This document shows, one piece after another, positions 1 to 12,830 of a stretch of DNA of 64,000 bases. Position 1 is the first letter of the stretch. Every line of letters starts with the position of its first letter. The notes beneath the pieces were generated by a model. It did not search any database. It saw only the letters and a program-made list of their open reading frames with translations, and was not told where the DNA came from. Source of the DNA: Octopus vulgaris (lineage: Eukaryota); NCBI GenBank assembly GCA_951406725.2, contig OX597824.1, positions 99,200,001 through 99,264,000 of the forward strand, in the 5' to 3' direction. The position numbers and the translations under genes were made by a program.

Positions 1-357
1 CGCGTGTATACATACACACACATCTTGATTGTCACCTTCATTACTACACATATAAATGTCTCTGTTATCACCATTATACACAGACATCCTTATTACCACT
101 CACACATACTCATGCACTTAATAATGCAACATCCCTGAATGACTAAGTTATATGCTTTTATATATGATAACCTATCACCCTTACATCTTTAATTAGTGAT
201 TCCCTCATCACTGAAAATGAAGTCTGTTTCACTGAAGTGGTCCAATAATACTAAAACATGTTCTCACTTATCTCCCTTACTTGCTGAAATGTTTGGTATA
301 ATATTAAACTAGTACTGTCTTTTCCTCACTGAATAATTATTTCTGATTAGATATCTT

Positions 358-1020
358 GTGCCTCACAGAGGCAATGACAAGAGACTGAGACCTTAGGAGA
401 TATGCTGTGATTGAGAAGACCAGGCAAGTAAAGTGAGACCACAGCTGTGGCTGATACCAGTGTTGCATAATCAGCCCATTTAAAAGTACCCTTGAATCAT
501 CGGGCGACATTCCGTGCTTGAGAAGACCTATTGAGTCAAGTAAAATCAAAATTCAAAATCAAAGGCAAATCAAGATTGAAATCAAAATGGAAATTGTAGT
601 TGTGACCAATGCCAGTACCACCTGAATGACACCCGTGCTGGTGGCATGTTATAAGCACCATTCAAATGTGGGTCGATACCAGTGCCACCTGACTGGCTCA
701 CCATGCCAATGACAGGTAAAAAGCACCATCTGAACGTGATCGATGCCAGTCTCCCCCAAATGGCTCCTGTGCTGATGGCACATGAAAAGCACCATCAAAA
801 TATGCTCGATACCAGTGCTGCTTGACTGGCTCCTGTGCTAGTGGCTTGTAAAAAGCACCCACTATGCTCTCGGAGTGGTTGGTGTTAGGAAGGGCATCCA
901 GCTGTAGAAACCTTGCCAGATGAGATTCGAGCCTGGCACAGCATACTGGCTCGCCAATACCCAGTCAAACCGTCCGACCCATGCCAGCATAAAAAACGGA
1001 CATTAAATGATGATGATAAT
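358..1020 (+). mobile_element. 3' UTR/tail of RTE-type LINE (dominant family), 5'-truncated
   Basis: End of ORF2 (..GAGACC..GAGAAGACC), about six 55-60 bp units (gatgccagtgcc..ggtggcaYgtaaaaagcacc), terminal module gagtggttggtgttaggaagggcatccagctgtagaaa..ccatgccagcat..ttaaatgatgatga; same structure as 30300-30755. Confidence 0.85.
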
Positions 1021-1315
1021 GTTTGCCCTTGATAAAAGGATAATATTGAGGAAGAAGCCAAGAATTTAAGTTAACTCTTGGCTTAATGCATACCTGTTCC
1101 TTGCTGGCCAAGCTCTCATAAACTCTTCATGTACTTCTTGAAGATGAAGGTGGAAAATGAATTGCTACAGTCCAGTAAATTTACTGAAAGGTGGGAGAGG
1201 CATAGTTTGGGTAAATGGGTCTGTTCTGAATATGACTGTAGAGAATTATGGCAAGAATTTAGGTGCACACACACACACACACACACACACACAGATAGAG
1301 ATAGATATATAAAAA

Positions 1316-1651
1316 GGGTAAAGACCCCCTTTGGTCATGAATGACCATGAGAGTGCACCTAGAAAGTTACTCTCTAAGACACAAATCTGGGCAAGGTTGT
1401 TTATGGAAGGCCAGTAGTTGCCCATGCAAACCAGCCTCCTCTCTCCATGCCACTGATATTATCCAAGGGAAGGGCAAAGGGGCCCAGCTTGGCACCAGTG
1501 ATGTCACAACTCATTTCAAAAAGTTGAGAGAACTGAAGCAATATGAAATAAAGTGTCTTGCTGAAGAATACAACAGCCCAGTCCAGGAATTGAACTCACT
1601 ACCTCATGATTGTGAGCTTAACACCCTAACTACTGAACCATGTGCCTCCAC
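1316..1651 (-). mobile_element. tRNA-derived SINE with CORE-like central domain
   Basis: Minus strand starts gtggaggcacatggttcagtagttag (A-box like) ..gagttcaattcc (B-box like), then ttcttcagcaagacactttatttc..gcttcagtt (CORE-like); flanked by microsatellites. Confidence 0.75.
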
Positions 1652-1674
1652 GTATATGTATGTATGTATATGTA

Positions 1675-1736
<62 letters not shown>

Positions 1737-1741
1737 CACAT

Positions 1742-2928
1742 AACAAAGAGAGTAGTAAGAATGGCAGCTTTATAGACCTGTACTTTGGTGTCAAGTTTGA
1801 AGCCCCTTTCATTCCATAGGCAATGACAGAGTTTGGCAATTGCATTGGTTGCTTTTTACAAGACTGTTGACGATTTCATCATCAAGAGAAGCACTCAAAT
1901 TCATTTTACTACCAAGATATGTAAAAGACTTCACATAATTTAGGCTTTTCCCATCAACCTGTATAGGAGTGTCAGGAAGCTGGTGGTCTCTGCTTGACAC
2001 CTCGAATTTGTTTTGGAGTAGGGCGAGGTTGGTGGATCATTTCCGCCTACTTTATGCTGATGGTCAAAACAAAAGCTTTACATGCAGCAGAAAACCGGTC
2101 TAGAAGTTTCCTCTAAAGAGGTTGCTACTGGTGCAGCATCATCTGCAAAAAGTAGATCACGAATGATACTGGTGCATAGCAGTGTCCTGGCTTTGAAATG
2201 CTGATGATTGAATAGTCCACCATTTGTTCAAAACTGGAATCTGACACCACTTTGTATGTTGCCAAAAGCATACCTTAGCATCACTGAAAAGAAGAGGGCA
2301 AACAAAACAGGGGCCATAACATAACCTTGCTTTGTGCCGTTTGTGATGTCAAAGGAAGCCAAAGATTCATCACCAGACCCTAACCCTCATGAAAGGAGAT
2401 GATAAGATTCAACATCTTGTCAGGTCTACTAAGCTTTTTCAGAACTTTCCCAAGTGCTTGCCGGTTAACAGTGTCAAAGGCCTTGGTAAGGTCAACGAAT
2501 ATCAAGAACAACTCTTGATTTTCCTCACATACCTTCTTCATGACCTGTTGGAGGGAAAAGATCATGTTGTTAGTGCCACAACCAGAGCGAAATCTGCACT
2601 GTGATTCTGGGTAGATATCGTTTACAACGTTGTTTGATGATCCTGTCAAGAATGAGTCAAGCAAGAATCTTCTAAACAATAGACAGAAGCGATATTCCAC
2701 AATGGTTATCACAGACACTTCTGTTTCCTTTGTTTTTGTACAGATGTTGGATTGAGGCATCCTTGAAGTACATGACCTACCTTCCAGATGTTTATGAAGA
2801 GGTCATGCAGTTTCTTAAAACATTTTTGTCCACCATGTCTGTAAATTTCAGGAGGAATAGCATCCCTGCCAGGTGCTTTACCAAAAGAGATTTGTTTAAT
2901 AGTGTTTACCACTTATGGGATGACCTAA
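1742..2928 (-). mobile_element. RTE/BovB-like LINE reverse transcriptase remnant (frameshifted)
   Basis: ORF pieces KAPGRDAIPPE, PESQCRFRSG..MIFSLQQ, FVDLTKAFDTVNR, tttgcagatgatgc (FADDA), FTYLGS. Confidence 0.9.
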
Positions 2929-2930
2929 TA

Positions 2931-2962
<32 letters not shown>

Positions 2963-2967
<5 letters not shown>

Positions 2968-4395
2968 AGTTACTAACAGAACTAGGGAAGTTTCAAGTGT
3001 TGAAGCAAGGTCTAGAATCGAAGGGCCTTAGAGTCAATCTAGTAAAAACCAAAGTCTTAGTAAGTAGGAAGACAAACCACAAATCCCTTCAGATAGATGG
3101 CTCTGCTCGATCTAGAAACTCCATAAGATGTACCCAGTGTAAGCTATGGATACATAACAGGTGCAGCAATATCAAAGGAAGGCTAACTGGAAAGATGGTT
3201 TTTGTATGTGGCAGATACTCTGGAGCAATAAACTCTGAAAACATGCAGAGAATAGCTTTTGTCACATTCCAGGAAGAAAAACTACAAGTTGTTCGTAGCT
3301 TCCGTTACCTAGGTGACCAAGTCAGTAGTTGGGTGCGGATGCTCTGAGATCGTAGCTGCTAGAATAAGAATAGTCTGGGCAAAGTTCAGAGAGCTCCTAC
3401 CTCTCCTGGTGACAAAGGGAATCTCACTCAGAGTGAATGGTAGACTGTAATCTGCATGTGTACAAACAGCCATGAAACGTGGGCCGTGACTGCTGAGAAC
3501 ATGCATAGGCTTGCAAGGAATGAAGCCGGTATGCTCCACTGGATGTGTAATGTCAGTGTGCATACAGGACAGAATGTAAGCGCCCTGAGGGAAAAGTTGG
3601 ACATAAGAAGCATCAGATGTGGTGTGCAAGAGAGATGACTGTGCTGGTATGGTCGTGTGTTGCGTATGGATGAGGACAGCTGTGTGAAAAAGTGTCACAC
3701 CCTAACAGTGGAGGGAACCTGTGGAAGAAGTAGACCCAGGAAGACCTGGGATGAGGTGGTGAAGCACGACCTTTGAATGTTGGGCCTCACTAAAGCAATG
3801 ACAAGTGACTGAGACCTTTGGAGATATGCAGTGCTTGAGAAGACCCGGAAAACCAAGTGAGACTGTAACCGTGGCCTATGCCTTTGTAGCATAACCGGCT
3901 CATTTGAAGAGAACCCTTCAATCATTGGGCAATATACTGTGCTTTAGAAGACCTGTTGAGTCAAGTGAAATCATTGACATGGTCAATGCTAGCACTGCCT
4001 GACTGGCACCTGTGCTAGTGGCACGTAAAAGCACCATTTGAGCATGGTCGATGCCAGTCGCAATGGACTGGCTCATGTGTTAGTGGCACATAAAAAGCAC
4101 CGTACAAACATGGTCGATGCCAGTGCCACCTGACTGATTCTGTTCCAGTGGCATGTAAAAAGCAGCATTTGAGCATGGTCAATGCCACTGCTGCCTAACT
4201 GGCCCCTTACCGGTGGCATGTAAAAAGTACCCACTACGCTCTCAGAGTGGTTGGTGTTAAGAAGGGTATCCAGCTGTAGAAACCTTGCTAAATGAGATTG
4301 GATCCTGGTGCAGCCTCCCAGCTCACCAGTTTTCAGTCAAACCATCCAACCCATGCTAGCATGGAAAGCAGGCATTAAACAATGATGATGATGAT
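2963..4395 (+). mobile_element. RTE-type LINE 3' portion (RT C-terminus with PHD-like insert, plus repeat-containing 3' UTR)
   Basis: GLRVNLVKTKV..CTQCKLWIHNRC..FRYLGD..ETWA..WYG..GRSRPRKTW, then tandem units and (TGA)n tail. Confidence 0.9.
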
Positions 4396-4409
4396 AGGTA
4401 TATATATAT

Positions 4410-4709
4410 CTTGTTGTTTGTTCCTTCTTGAGCCTGGCTCATAAGGGCCGGTTTCCCAGTTTCATTGGCGTATGGTTCCCCACCTGGACAGGATGCCGGT
4501 TCATTGCAGGTGTGCTGTTAGATGCAGGAAGAAAGAGCGAGAGAAAGTTGGGGCAAAACAGTCAGCAGGAGTTCACCATTATCTTCTGCTGGACCCTTGT
4601 CAAGCTTAGGTGTTTCACTTATAAATACACATCGCCCGGTCCAAGATTCAAACCCATGATCCTTCTACTGCGAGTCTGCTTTTCTAACCACTAGTCCTTG
4701 TGCATCCAC
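4410..4709 (-). mobile_element. tRNA-derived SINE (head shared with 19407-19788, different tail)
   Basis: Minus strand gtggatgcacaaggactagtggttag..ggtttgaatc..gaaacacctaagct; body aactttctctc matches the 19.4-kb copy. Confidence 0.75.
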
Positions 4710-4782
4710 TAAAGATATATGTATGTATGTATAACCAGGCACTTGCATACACCTGCTCACTCATATATACACATACACAGTT

Positions 4783-5897
4783 AAGAACAATGAACACTAA
4801 AAATGTTCAGAAAATAGACTTCATCACATGCCAGGCAGGAAAACTGGAGGTAGTCAATAGCTTCTGTTACCAAGGTGACCAAGTCAGTAGCAGGGCCTGG
4901 ATGCTCCAAGAGTGTAGCTGCTAGAATAAGAATAGGCAGGGCAAAGCTAAGAGAGCTCCTACCTCTGCTGGTAACAAAGTGCCTCTCTCTCTTAGAGTGA
5001 AAGACAGACTGTATGATGCCTGTGTGTGAAAATCATTGCTCCACAGCAGTAAAACATGAGTTGTGACCACCAAGGACATGCGTGGGCTTGAAAGAAATGA
5101 AGCTAGTATGTTTTGCTTGATGTATAATGTCAGTGTGCATGCACAATAGAGTGTAAGCACCCTGAAAGAAAAGTTGGGCATAAAAGGCATCAGATGTGAT
5201 GTGCAAGAGAGACAATTGTGCTGGTATGGTCATGTAATGCATATGGAGGAGGACAGCTGTGTGAAGAAGTGCCACACTTTAATGATGGAGGGAACCTGTG
5301 GAAGAGGTAAACCCAGGAAGACATGGGATGAGGTAGTGAAGTTGGGCCTCATGATGGCAATGACAATTGACTGAGACCTTTGGTGATATGCCATGCTTGA
5401 GAAGACCCATCAAGCCAAGTGAGGTCGTAGTCATGGCCAATGCCAATGTCATGTAACTGGCACATAGAAAGCACCCTTCAAACATTGGGCAATATGCTTG
5501 GCCTGAGAAGACATGTCAAACCAAGTGAAATGGTAGTCCTGGCCAAAGCCAGTGCCACCTGATTAGCACCCTTGCCAGTGGCACATAAAAAGCATCCTTC
5601 GAGCATTGGGCCTCACAGATTCAGTGAAAGATGGACAAGACCTTTGGCGATATACCGTGCTCATGAAGACCTCTTAAGCCAAGTGAGATTTTAGTCATGA
5701 TCAATGCCAGTGTCACGTCAGTGGCATGTGAAAAGCACCCACTGTACTCTCGGAGTGGTTGGCATTAGGAAGGGCATCCAGCCATAGAAGCCATGCCAAA
5801 CCAGACTGGAACCTGGTGCAGCTGCCTGGCTTACCAATTTTCAGTCAAACCATCCAACCCATGCCAGCATGGAAAGCAGATGCTAAATGATGATGAT
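4783..5897 (+). mobile_element. RTE-type LINE 3' portion, more diverged copy
   Basis: KLEVVNSFCYQGDQ, WYGHVMHMEED..GRGKPRKTWDEVVK, ~120-bp UTR units, terminal module and tgatgatga tail. Confidence 0.85.
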
Positions 5898-7159
5898 TTA
5901 CACCTGATATTAATAGAATAGGCTTTGTTGAAGTTAACACACACCACATCAGTGTCATTGAAATCAAAACAATTCAGAAACATAGTATTCAACAGCTGTC
6001 CTTCGTTAAACAGATTCTCCCATTGTCTTTCTGTGACTTTGTGATTTGTTATACCAGAAGGAATCAATAATATTTGGGAAAAAAGGAAAGCAAACAGCTA
6101 CAAGACAAATCTGATGTTTTGGTTTATCCAGAACAATGGCTTTCAAGTTTATCTCAGTCAGTGTGGAATCAGTGGCTACGCAGTTTCAAAAATAAACCCA
6201 TTGAACAAGAAACAAAAATGGCATGATTGCTTTTCTTGTCTCTTTCTCTCTTTCTCTCTCTTTCTCACACACAATACTTTTCCATTAGGGGTTTTGAAGG
6301 ACAAACTGAGTGAACAGTTGTTATAATGCCAGGCAAGAAGACATTCACTTTTAAATTGATGCTAAACAGCCCTGCTTTTTTAGCAATTCTTTTATTTTCA
6401 TTAAAAATAAATTTTCATTAGATATTTCTGTTTGTTCTGTCAATCATCTGAAGTAAAGTCAATTACTGACAAAACATCCCCAAACATGGTTCAATTTACC
6501 AGCGATTGTTCTGTTGTTTTTGTATGTTTTCTCCCTTGCTAACATTTAATACAAGACTTAATGAGTTACCCTGCTTAACATCACCACCATCTGGTCTTTG
6601 AAGGACTTTATCAGAGTCCACACTCTGTTTTCGGTATTCAAATTAGATCTCTTGCTTTATTCTCCCCTTTCTCACTGGCTTTTGACCTTCCTTCTCAATC
6701 CAAGCCATCCAAAAAGGGAAGAGAAAAAACACTCTTAATACACTCAGACTTTTTTCATGAAAGCCAAGCGAATAAAGTAACCAACCACAACTTATCAGAA
6801 ATAATTTACTAAATATAGAAACCAAATATTTAAGATTATAAATTGTATTTAGGACTAAAGACATTTGTCTGTGTAAATAACATGTATCCACGTGAATAAC
6901 ATACATGTTTGCATTGGAATAACATTGTTCATGCAAATAACACAAGTGTCCATATAGATAACATGTAGATAATGCATTTGTATATGTGGTATGGATAATA
7001 TTTATACATGTGAATAGGTCTGTGGGAATTTCAAATGAGAGAGATTCCAGAAATAATGTAAATCAAATCTTCAATTGAAATAAATATTTTTTTATGACCA
7101 TAATCATCATCATTTTCAGCAGCATTATTTACTACCATCCTGAATTTCTGTACACACTG

Positions 7160-8311
7160 CAGACAGAGCATTTTTTTCATATTTAATGCACGCAGAAATA
7201 AAATGCATTGGCAAAATGTTTTATGTTGTTTAAAAGAATTTTTTCTGTTCTATAAAATGGTGTGTTTTGATTTTCTAATTTTATTGATTTTTGTGTATCT
7301 TCAGATCATTAAATTAGAACATCAAGTGGACAAAACTGAACATTTTCGACACCATTTGCTTTTTGCATTTAATTGGGGTTTTAAGGCAGCCGAGGCTGCT
7401 CATGAGATTTGTGCTGTGTATGGAGGAGCAATGCCTCAAAGGGCTGCCTACCGTTGGTTTTCACCCTTCAAAACCAGGAATTTTGACCTCAAGGACAGAT
7501 CACACACCGGTCAACTGAGTTTGATGAAGAGCAATTGAATCAACTTCTTCATGAAGATCCACGTCAAACAACCAAAGACTCGGTAGAGCAGATGGATTGT
7601 GATAAAAAGAAAAACTGGGCAAGGTTCAGAAACGCAGTGCTTGGGTGCCACACACTTTGAACGAAAACAACAAAAATCAATGCTCCACAATCGCTATTAG
7701 TTTACTTGCTTGACATCACTCAGCACATGGTTACAAACAATGTTTTCTTTACCGCATTGTCACTGGCAATGAAAAATGGTGCCTTTATGTCAATATGAAG
7801 CAGCAAAAAGAATGGCTCAGCCCCAAGGCGTAATTCATTATGAACTGCTTGAGTGCAACCACACACTCAATGCAGAGCTCTATGTTCAACAACTGCCCTG
7901 ACTCAACGAAGCAATTCAGCAAAAAAGTCTGAATAGGTGAAATGGCATTCTCCTGCAACTCGACAATGCCCATCCCCTCATTGTCAATATGACCAAAGCT
8001 ATGATTCAAGAATAGGAATGGGAAGTGCTGCCTCATCCTCCATACTCTTCAGACTTGGCACCATCCAGGTTTTCATCTTTCAACTGCTTTCAAATGCTTT
8101 GCACAGTGTATTGGTCAGTAATGGTGTGGAATTGAGGTCTTTGAGTCAAGACTGGGAGATTTCTATCATTGAGGCATCAAAAAACTTATTGAACGATGGT
8201 AGGAGGTTGTAAACAACAATGGAGAGTAAATCACTGATTAATTTGTAGCTTTTTTGTTTAAAATAAATTTGGAAAAAAAAAAACGCTCTGGAATTATTCC
8301 TCAACCCAATA
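7160..8311 (+). mobile_element. Degenerate mariner (DD34D-type) transposon
   Basis: HFRHHLLFAF..EICAVYG..RWF; WVPH; IVTGNEKWCLY; DNA.PH; PHPPYSSDLAP; right end ggaattattcctcaacccaa followed by TA. Confidence 0.85.
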
Positions 8312-9099
8312 TTTATGTATGTGTATGTGTGTGTATGTTCATATGTATGCATATAGGTATGTATGAGGTGACCCTGGAAGTGTTTGATCGATTGAAATGC
8401 CATAAACAGTGAAATCTCACTTCTTTCCTTCCTTTACCAATTTTACTTCTAGAACTTTCTCACCCAATCTTCTAAACTACTGCCATCATGCACTGTAACT
8501 ATTTTATTCAAATTTCATAGCTTTTCGCTTTCTGTATTGAACTTCCTCTGTTTGTTTGTTTTTTCCTGTTGGTCATTAGAGCTAAATTTCTATTGAATTA
8601 CTTTTATTTAACAAACATGAAGACATTCTCTTATAAAGATGTCTTAATATGTTTCTTCAGTGAAATAATATTTTAAGGCAATAAAACCTGGAGTGGATGA
8701 GTTGTTGGTCAGAATTCATCAACAAAGAGGAAATGCGAAACTGACAGCAAACAAGAAATGGGAGTGATTTTTGCATTTTACCTCTTTTTAAAAAATTTGT
8801 TTATATTAAATGGAGTTTCATGCCCAGACAATAGGAATTCTCCAGTCAGTTGTTTTGAAATTATTTCATTTTTGAAAGTTTATAAAAACCAGAATAACTG
8901 GGTTTATTTCTGAAAATGTGTGGCCACTGATCTTCTGAAAAGATTCCACACAGCTTCTGCCATTCTTTATTTAACGTGGCAAAGACCAAGCTGGGGATTT
9001 TGGTATTAATTCTTCTTGTTGGCATTGAATCTTCTCATCCAATATAGAAGTTTGATGTCCCAATAAGTATGAGAAAGCAGTGAAGAATAATTTTTTGTG

Positions 9100-9262
9100 G
9101 TCACTCAGCCAGCTAGAAATAGCAGCAACTATCCCTCAAATCACAGCCTGCCACCTTAGCTGTTATTGTCTTTTAAATGCACTGACTTAAAAAATATGAC
9201 TGGATGGTCACAGATGGAATACATTAGATCATAGGTCTGCTTGATCAGGGGCTAAACAACAA
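9100..9262 (+). repeat. Old dispersed SINE-like family (also ~22060-22225 +, ~45270-45450 -, ~48120-48300 -, ~52285-52350 +, tandem at ~57225-57575 +)
   Basis: Recurrent gctagaaatagcagc..aaatcacaccctgcc..ggatggtcacagNtggaat..gatcataggtctgcttgatcagggNtgacctggggctaaacaac. Confidence 0.6.
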
Positions 9263-10472
9263 ATCTCATGTAAAGCTACAAGACTCAGTTAACAACAAAA
9301 CTTCAGATCTTCATCTCTGTATAAATGTTCAGTCCCTAGCAACAGCTTCATCTTTGCCATCATATTAATTATATTGGTTACGGTGAAATAAGAATCATTT
9401 GCATAATTTAGATTTCTTTTCAGATTGGACTTTCTTTTAATAAGTTCAATTGCTGGAGGGAGCGTTGGTGGGTTTCATTTCCAGAGAGTTTTCAAGTTTA
9501 TTACGTCACCTCTTATTGCTACTTATTAAGTTATCCACTCTGAAATAACGAACAATTACGTTCAAATGAAGGATGGCTTCATAAGAGATCCTTCACTAAA
9601 AATAACTGCCTACTTACATTTAACGTCTCTACTTCCTCTCACTTACATCAATAAAACACACTATTTTACTTTACAAATTGGTCGTTTAATGAACTGTTGA
9701 CAAAATACTTTAATTACATTTAGATTTTGTTTTTGTTTCAAAGTTTAAGATTGTTGACAAGGAAACAAGATCAAATCATAGATAGATAGATATAAAGATA
9801 AAAAGGGACCAGTTGCTCTTTTCATTTATATTTATCTTCTCTCCCAACTTCTGTCCCTTTAAGAACATTTCAATCACTCCAATAATGGCACAAGTCCAGA
9901 TGGAATCTCTTCATCAAACTCTGTACTCCAGTCGTAACTCTTATCCTTACCCTTCAATGTTTCTCATATCCACAGCTTCAATCTTTACTCATCAATCTAC
10001 CAATCCTACCTTCCTCTTCAGTCACTCTTTCTCTCCTTCTCCTCAGAGATCTGTCCCAATCTATGTAAACTTGCTACAATCTATCCATTCTCAAGAACTT
10101 CTCTCTCTATTCCAGCATCTCTCTGATCACAATGGATTCCAAAGAATCCTCCAACTTTAGTGATGTTTTCCACATTTTTCCTTCTCTATATTAATGACTC
10201 GCCATTGATTCTAACATGGATGGCACCATTTTTCACTGCTTTTGTATTCTGCCTGTCTGTGATGTCTACATGCAAATTAGACACCATGTATCATAGATGT
10301 GTTAAGTCTGTGAAGAGATCTTGCTAGTATCCTCCCATGGGACACACAACAATGAAATTTCCTTCAAATGCATCAAATATGTGTGTGTAAACATACATAT
10401 GTGTGTCTGTCATCATCGTCACCATCATCATCATCTGTACATGTATTACATGTATGCATGCACATAGATCTA

Positions 10473-10514
<42 letters not shown>

Positions 10515-10700
10515 AATCATCGTTTTCACATGTTTCCTATGCTTGCATGAGTCATCACGGCCTGAGTTATTCCGTTTATTGGAAGCCCCTCCTGCACTCG
10601 TTGATTGCTGTTCATACACCCTTTCGGTTGGGTTTCTGTGGTTTCTGTGCCATTTGAAATACCAACCACTTTACAGAGTGTTGCAGATGTAATTTCTTGA
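10515..10700 (-). mobile_element. Diverged RTE terminal module
   Basis: catcatcgtttt..atgcttgcatg..accaaccactttacagagtgt is the reverse complement of the family tail. Confidence 0.55.
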
Positions 10701-11821
10701 GGACACAACAACACTGGTGTTGTTGTGTCCTCAACAAGACAAGACTAAAATGTCCTCTCTCAGCTCTGCTCTTTCACTGTTCCTTTGTCAATCCCTTTAC
10801 ACTGTACACGAGTGCATCTTTTCTGGCACCAGCACTAAGGAGGTTGTCAACTGTAGAAGATGCACTGGAAGGGCTCTGGCTTTTGCTGCAGCACCAACAC
10901 ATGACGGTGTTGCCTTGTACTCTGGATGTGCAGAAAGTATTCAGGACCCTAAGGCATGTCCATTTGCTGAATGTAATGTGATTGCAGAGATGGGAGAGAG
11001 AGAGAGAAAGAGGGAGAGTCTGACAGAGAGAAAAATGCCAGAATGGGCAGGTGAAGAGAACACAAGTATAATAGAAAAGACAGAGTTATTGGGGTAAAGA
11101 GGGGAGATGGTCAAGAGTAGAGGTGGACAAAGGTAAAAGGGTGGCTAATAGAAATGTCCCAGGAAAGAGAGACTCGTGTTTGGCAGTGTAGAATAAGTGA
11201 GCTTATAACGTGTTGGATACAAATGTAGTCATGAGACAGAGAGAGAGTGATGAGGATGGCCCAGTACAGCCTCTTATATACATAGGCTTGCTAGTATGGA
11301 AGGCAGATGTTAAACGATGATGATGATATACATGTATATATATTCACACACACACACAAAACAATATTGTAGCTCTCCTTGTATCTCTCCTTTCTACATC
11401 TAAAGCTCACCTGGTGAACCACATCTTTCCCATCGTCTAAACTACGAGTCTCCTCCCTCCCTTACTAAACACCTCCTAATCCTTGCCCACATCAATATCA
11501 CAGGTAAGACTGTAGTAGCAGACTTGGTTAGATCTTCTTTAAGGTGTGTGGAAGATGAGAAACAGACAAGTACTAGCATTCTGAATGGGAGGTGTATGTG
11601 TGTGTGTGTGTGTGTACGTGTACGTATGGACACTGAGAGACCAGCAGAGACTGTTTTAGGTCTTTAGAGAGTTTGTTGGTCCTATGCAGGCTGCCGTGAC
11701 ACTGGTTCATTGAGATGTGAAATAGTGAAATATTGATTACAATGTTTTCTTATTACTGTGCAATTGTGACATAATATCTACATGATAATGGTGTAATCAT
11801 GTATTAATTATACATTTGTAT

Positions 11822-11968
11822 AGGCACAAGCATGGCTGTGTGGTAAATAGCTTGCTTACCAACCACATGGTTCTGGGTTCAGTCCCACAGTGTAGCACCT
11901 TGGGCAAGTGTCTTCTACTAGAGCCTTGGGCCAACCAAAGCCTTGTGAGTGGATTTAATAGATGGAAA

Positions 11969-11970
<2 letters not shown>
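11822..11970 (+). mobile_element. tRNA-derived CORE-like SINE 5' part (same family as 25326-25712)
   Basis: tggctgtgtggtaaatag (A box), ggttcagtccc (B box), caccttgggcaagtgtcttctacta. Confidence 0.8.
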
Positions 11971-12003
<33 letters not shown>

Positions 12004-12689
12004 CTGATCCTTTTTAATCACCTCCTTTAATATACTTTCTACCTTCATAGTACCCCTTATATATATTTTCATAGAGAGATATAGATGTCATTGATGCTAG
12101 AAAACCGAAAGTAAATATTTAAAAAAAACTTTCAAAGACATGAATCTAATATAAAAAGCAAAATTTTTTATTTTTAATAAAAAAATCAAATGAAGAGCCT
12201 AACATGTGTCTGGGGTCAAATTATTCATGTATCACAAGTTTGGAAGCAATTGGTGAAGCTGTTTTTGCATGAAAAGTGAATACACACACATCTTTATTTT
12301 ATATATTAGATTACAGATTTGACTGCTATTTCTCGCAGCAAATAGGTTCCACTATTGATGGTGTTGCCCTTCACACATTCTTAACCTTATACACACTGTG
12401 TTGTGTCCATATATTATTTAATTCTCAATGTCTGAATGTGTGTAAATAGGTATCACGATGTAACCCAGTCCAGCTACACAGAAATTTGTACTATTGTTTG
12501 CTAATAGAGTCCAGTTCACAGAGTTACAAACAGCTGCCACCTAGAGTTACTGCTTAAGGGTGTCGTACAGTTTGCCTAGTTGTAAGTCTTGTCTTGTCTT
12601 GAGACAGCATTCACCCGGGGTGGGTTGAGCTGGCTTCATTCATCCTCAATGCCGCATCTCTCACAAATGCCAACCAGACCTGGCGATTT

Positions 12690-12830
12690 GAGGCTAACGA
12701 GGCTTTTGGAACATCAGATCCCTGATGCATGAAGAAACAGGCACTAACGATGCACACTCTCTCCAAATATAACATCGATATTTTAATGCCTCTCTGAAGT
12801 CAGACTTCCTGTTTCTGGGTATCGCAAAAT
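12690..12830 (+). mobile_element. N-terminus of a LINE APE endonuclease (RTE-like), remnant
   Basis: Frameshifted W-N-I-R-S-L..KQALTMHTLSKYNIDI..LSEVRLPVSG matches APE motifs I and II (WNVRTL..DIxxLSEVR). Confidence 0.65.

Noticed and set aside
590-860. Repeat-spacer-like pattern of ggtggcatgtaaaaagcacc
   Set aside because: The intervening sequences are homologous to each other; these are tandem units of a LINE 3' UTR
9424-9546. Exon after tttcttttcag
   Set aside because: No convincing donor and the translation is unrecognisable
10717-11097. 126-aa Cys-containing ORF
   Set aside because: Lies between a minus-strand RTE tail remnant and a GA-rich tract; most likely antisense TE UTR
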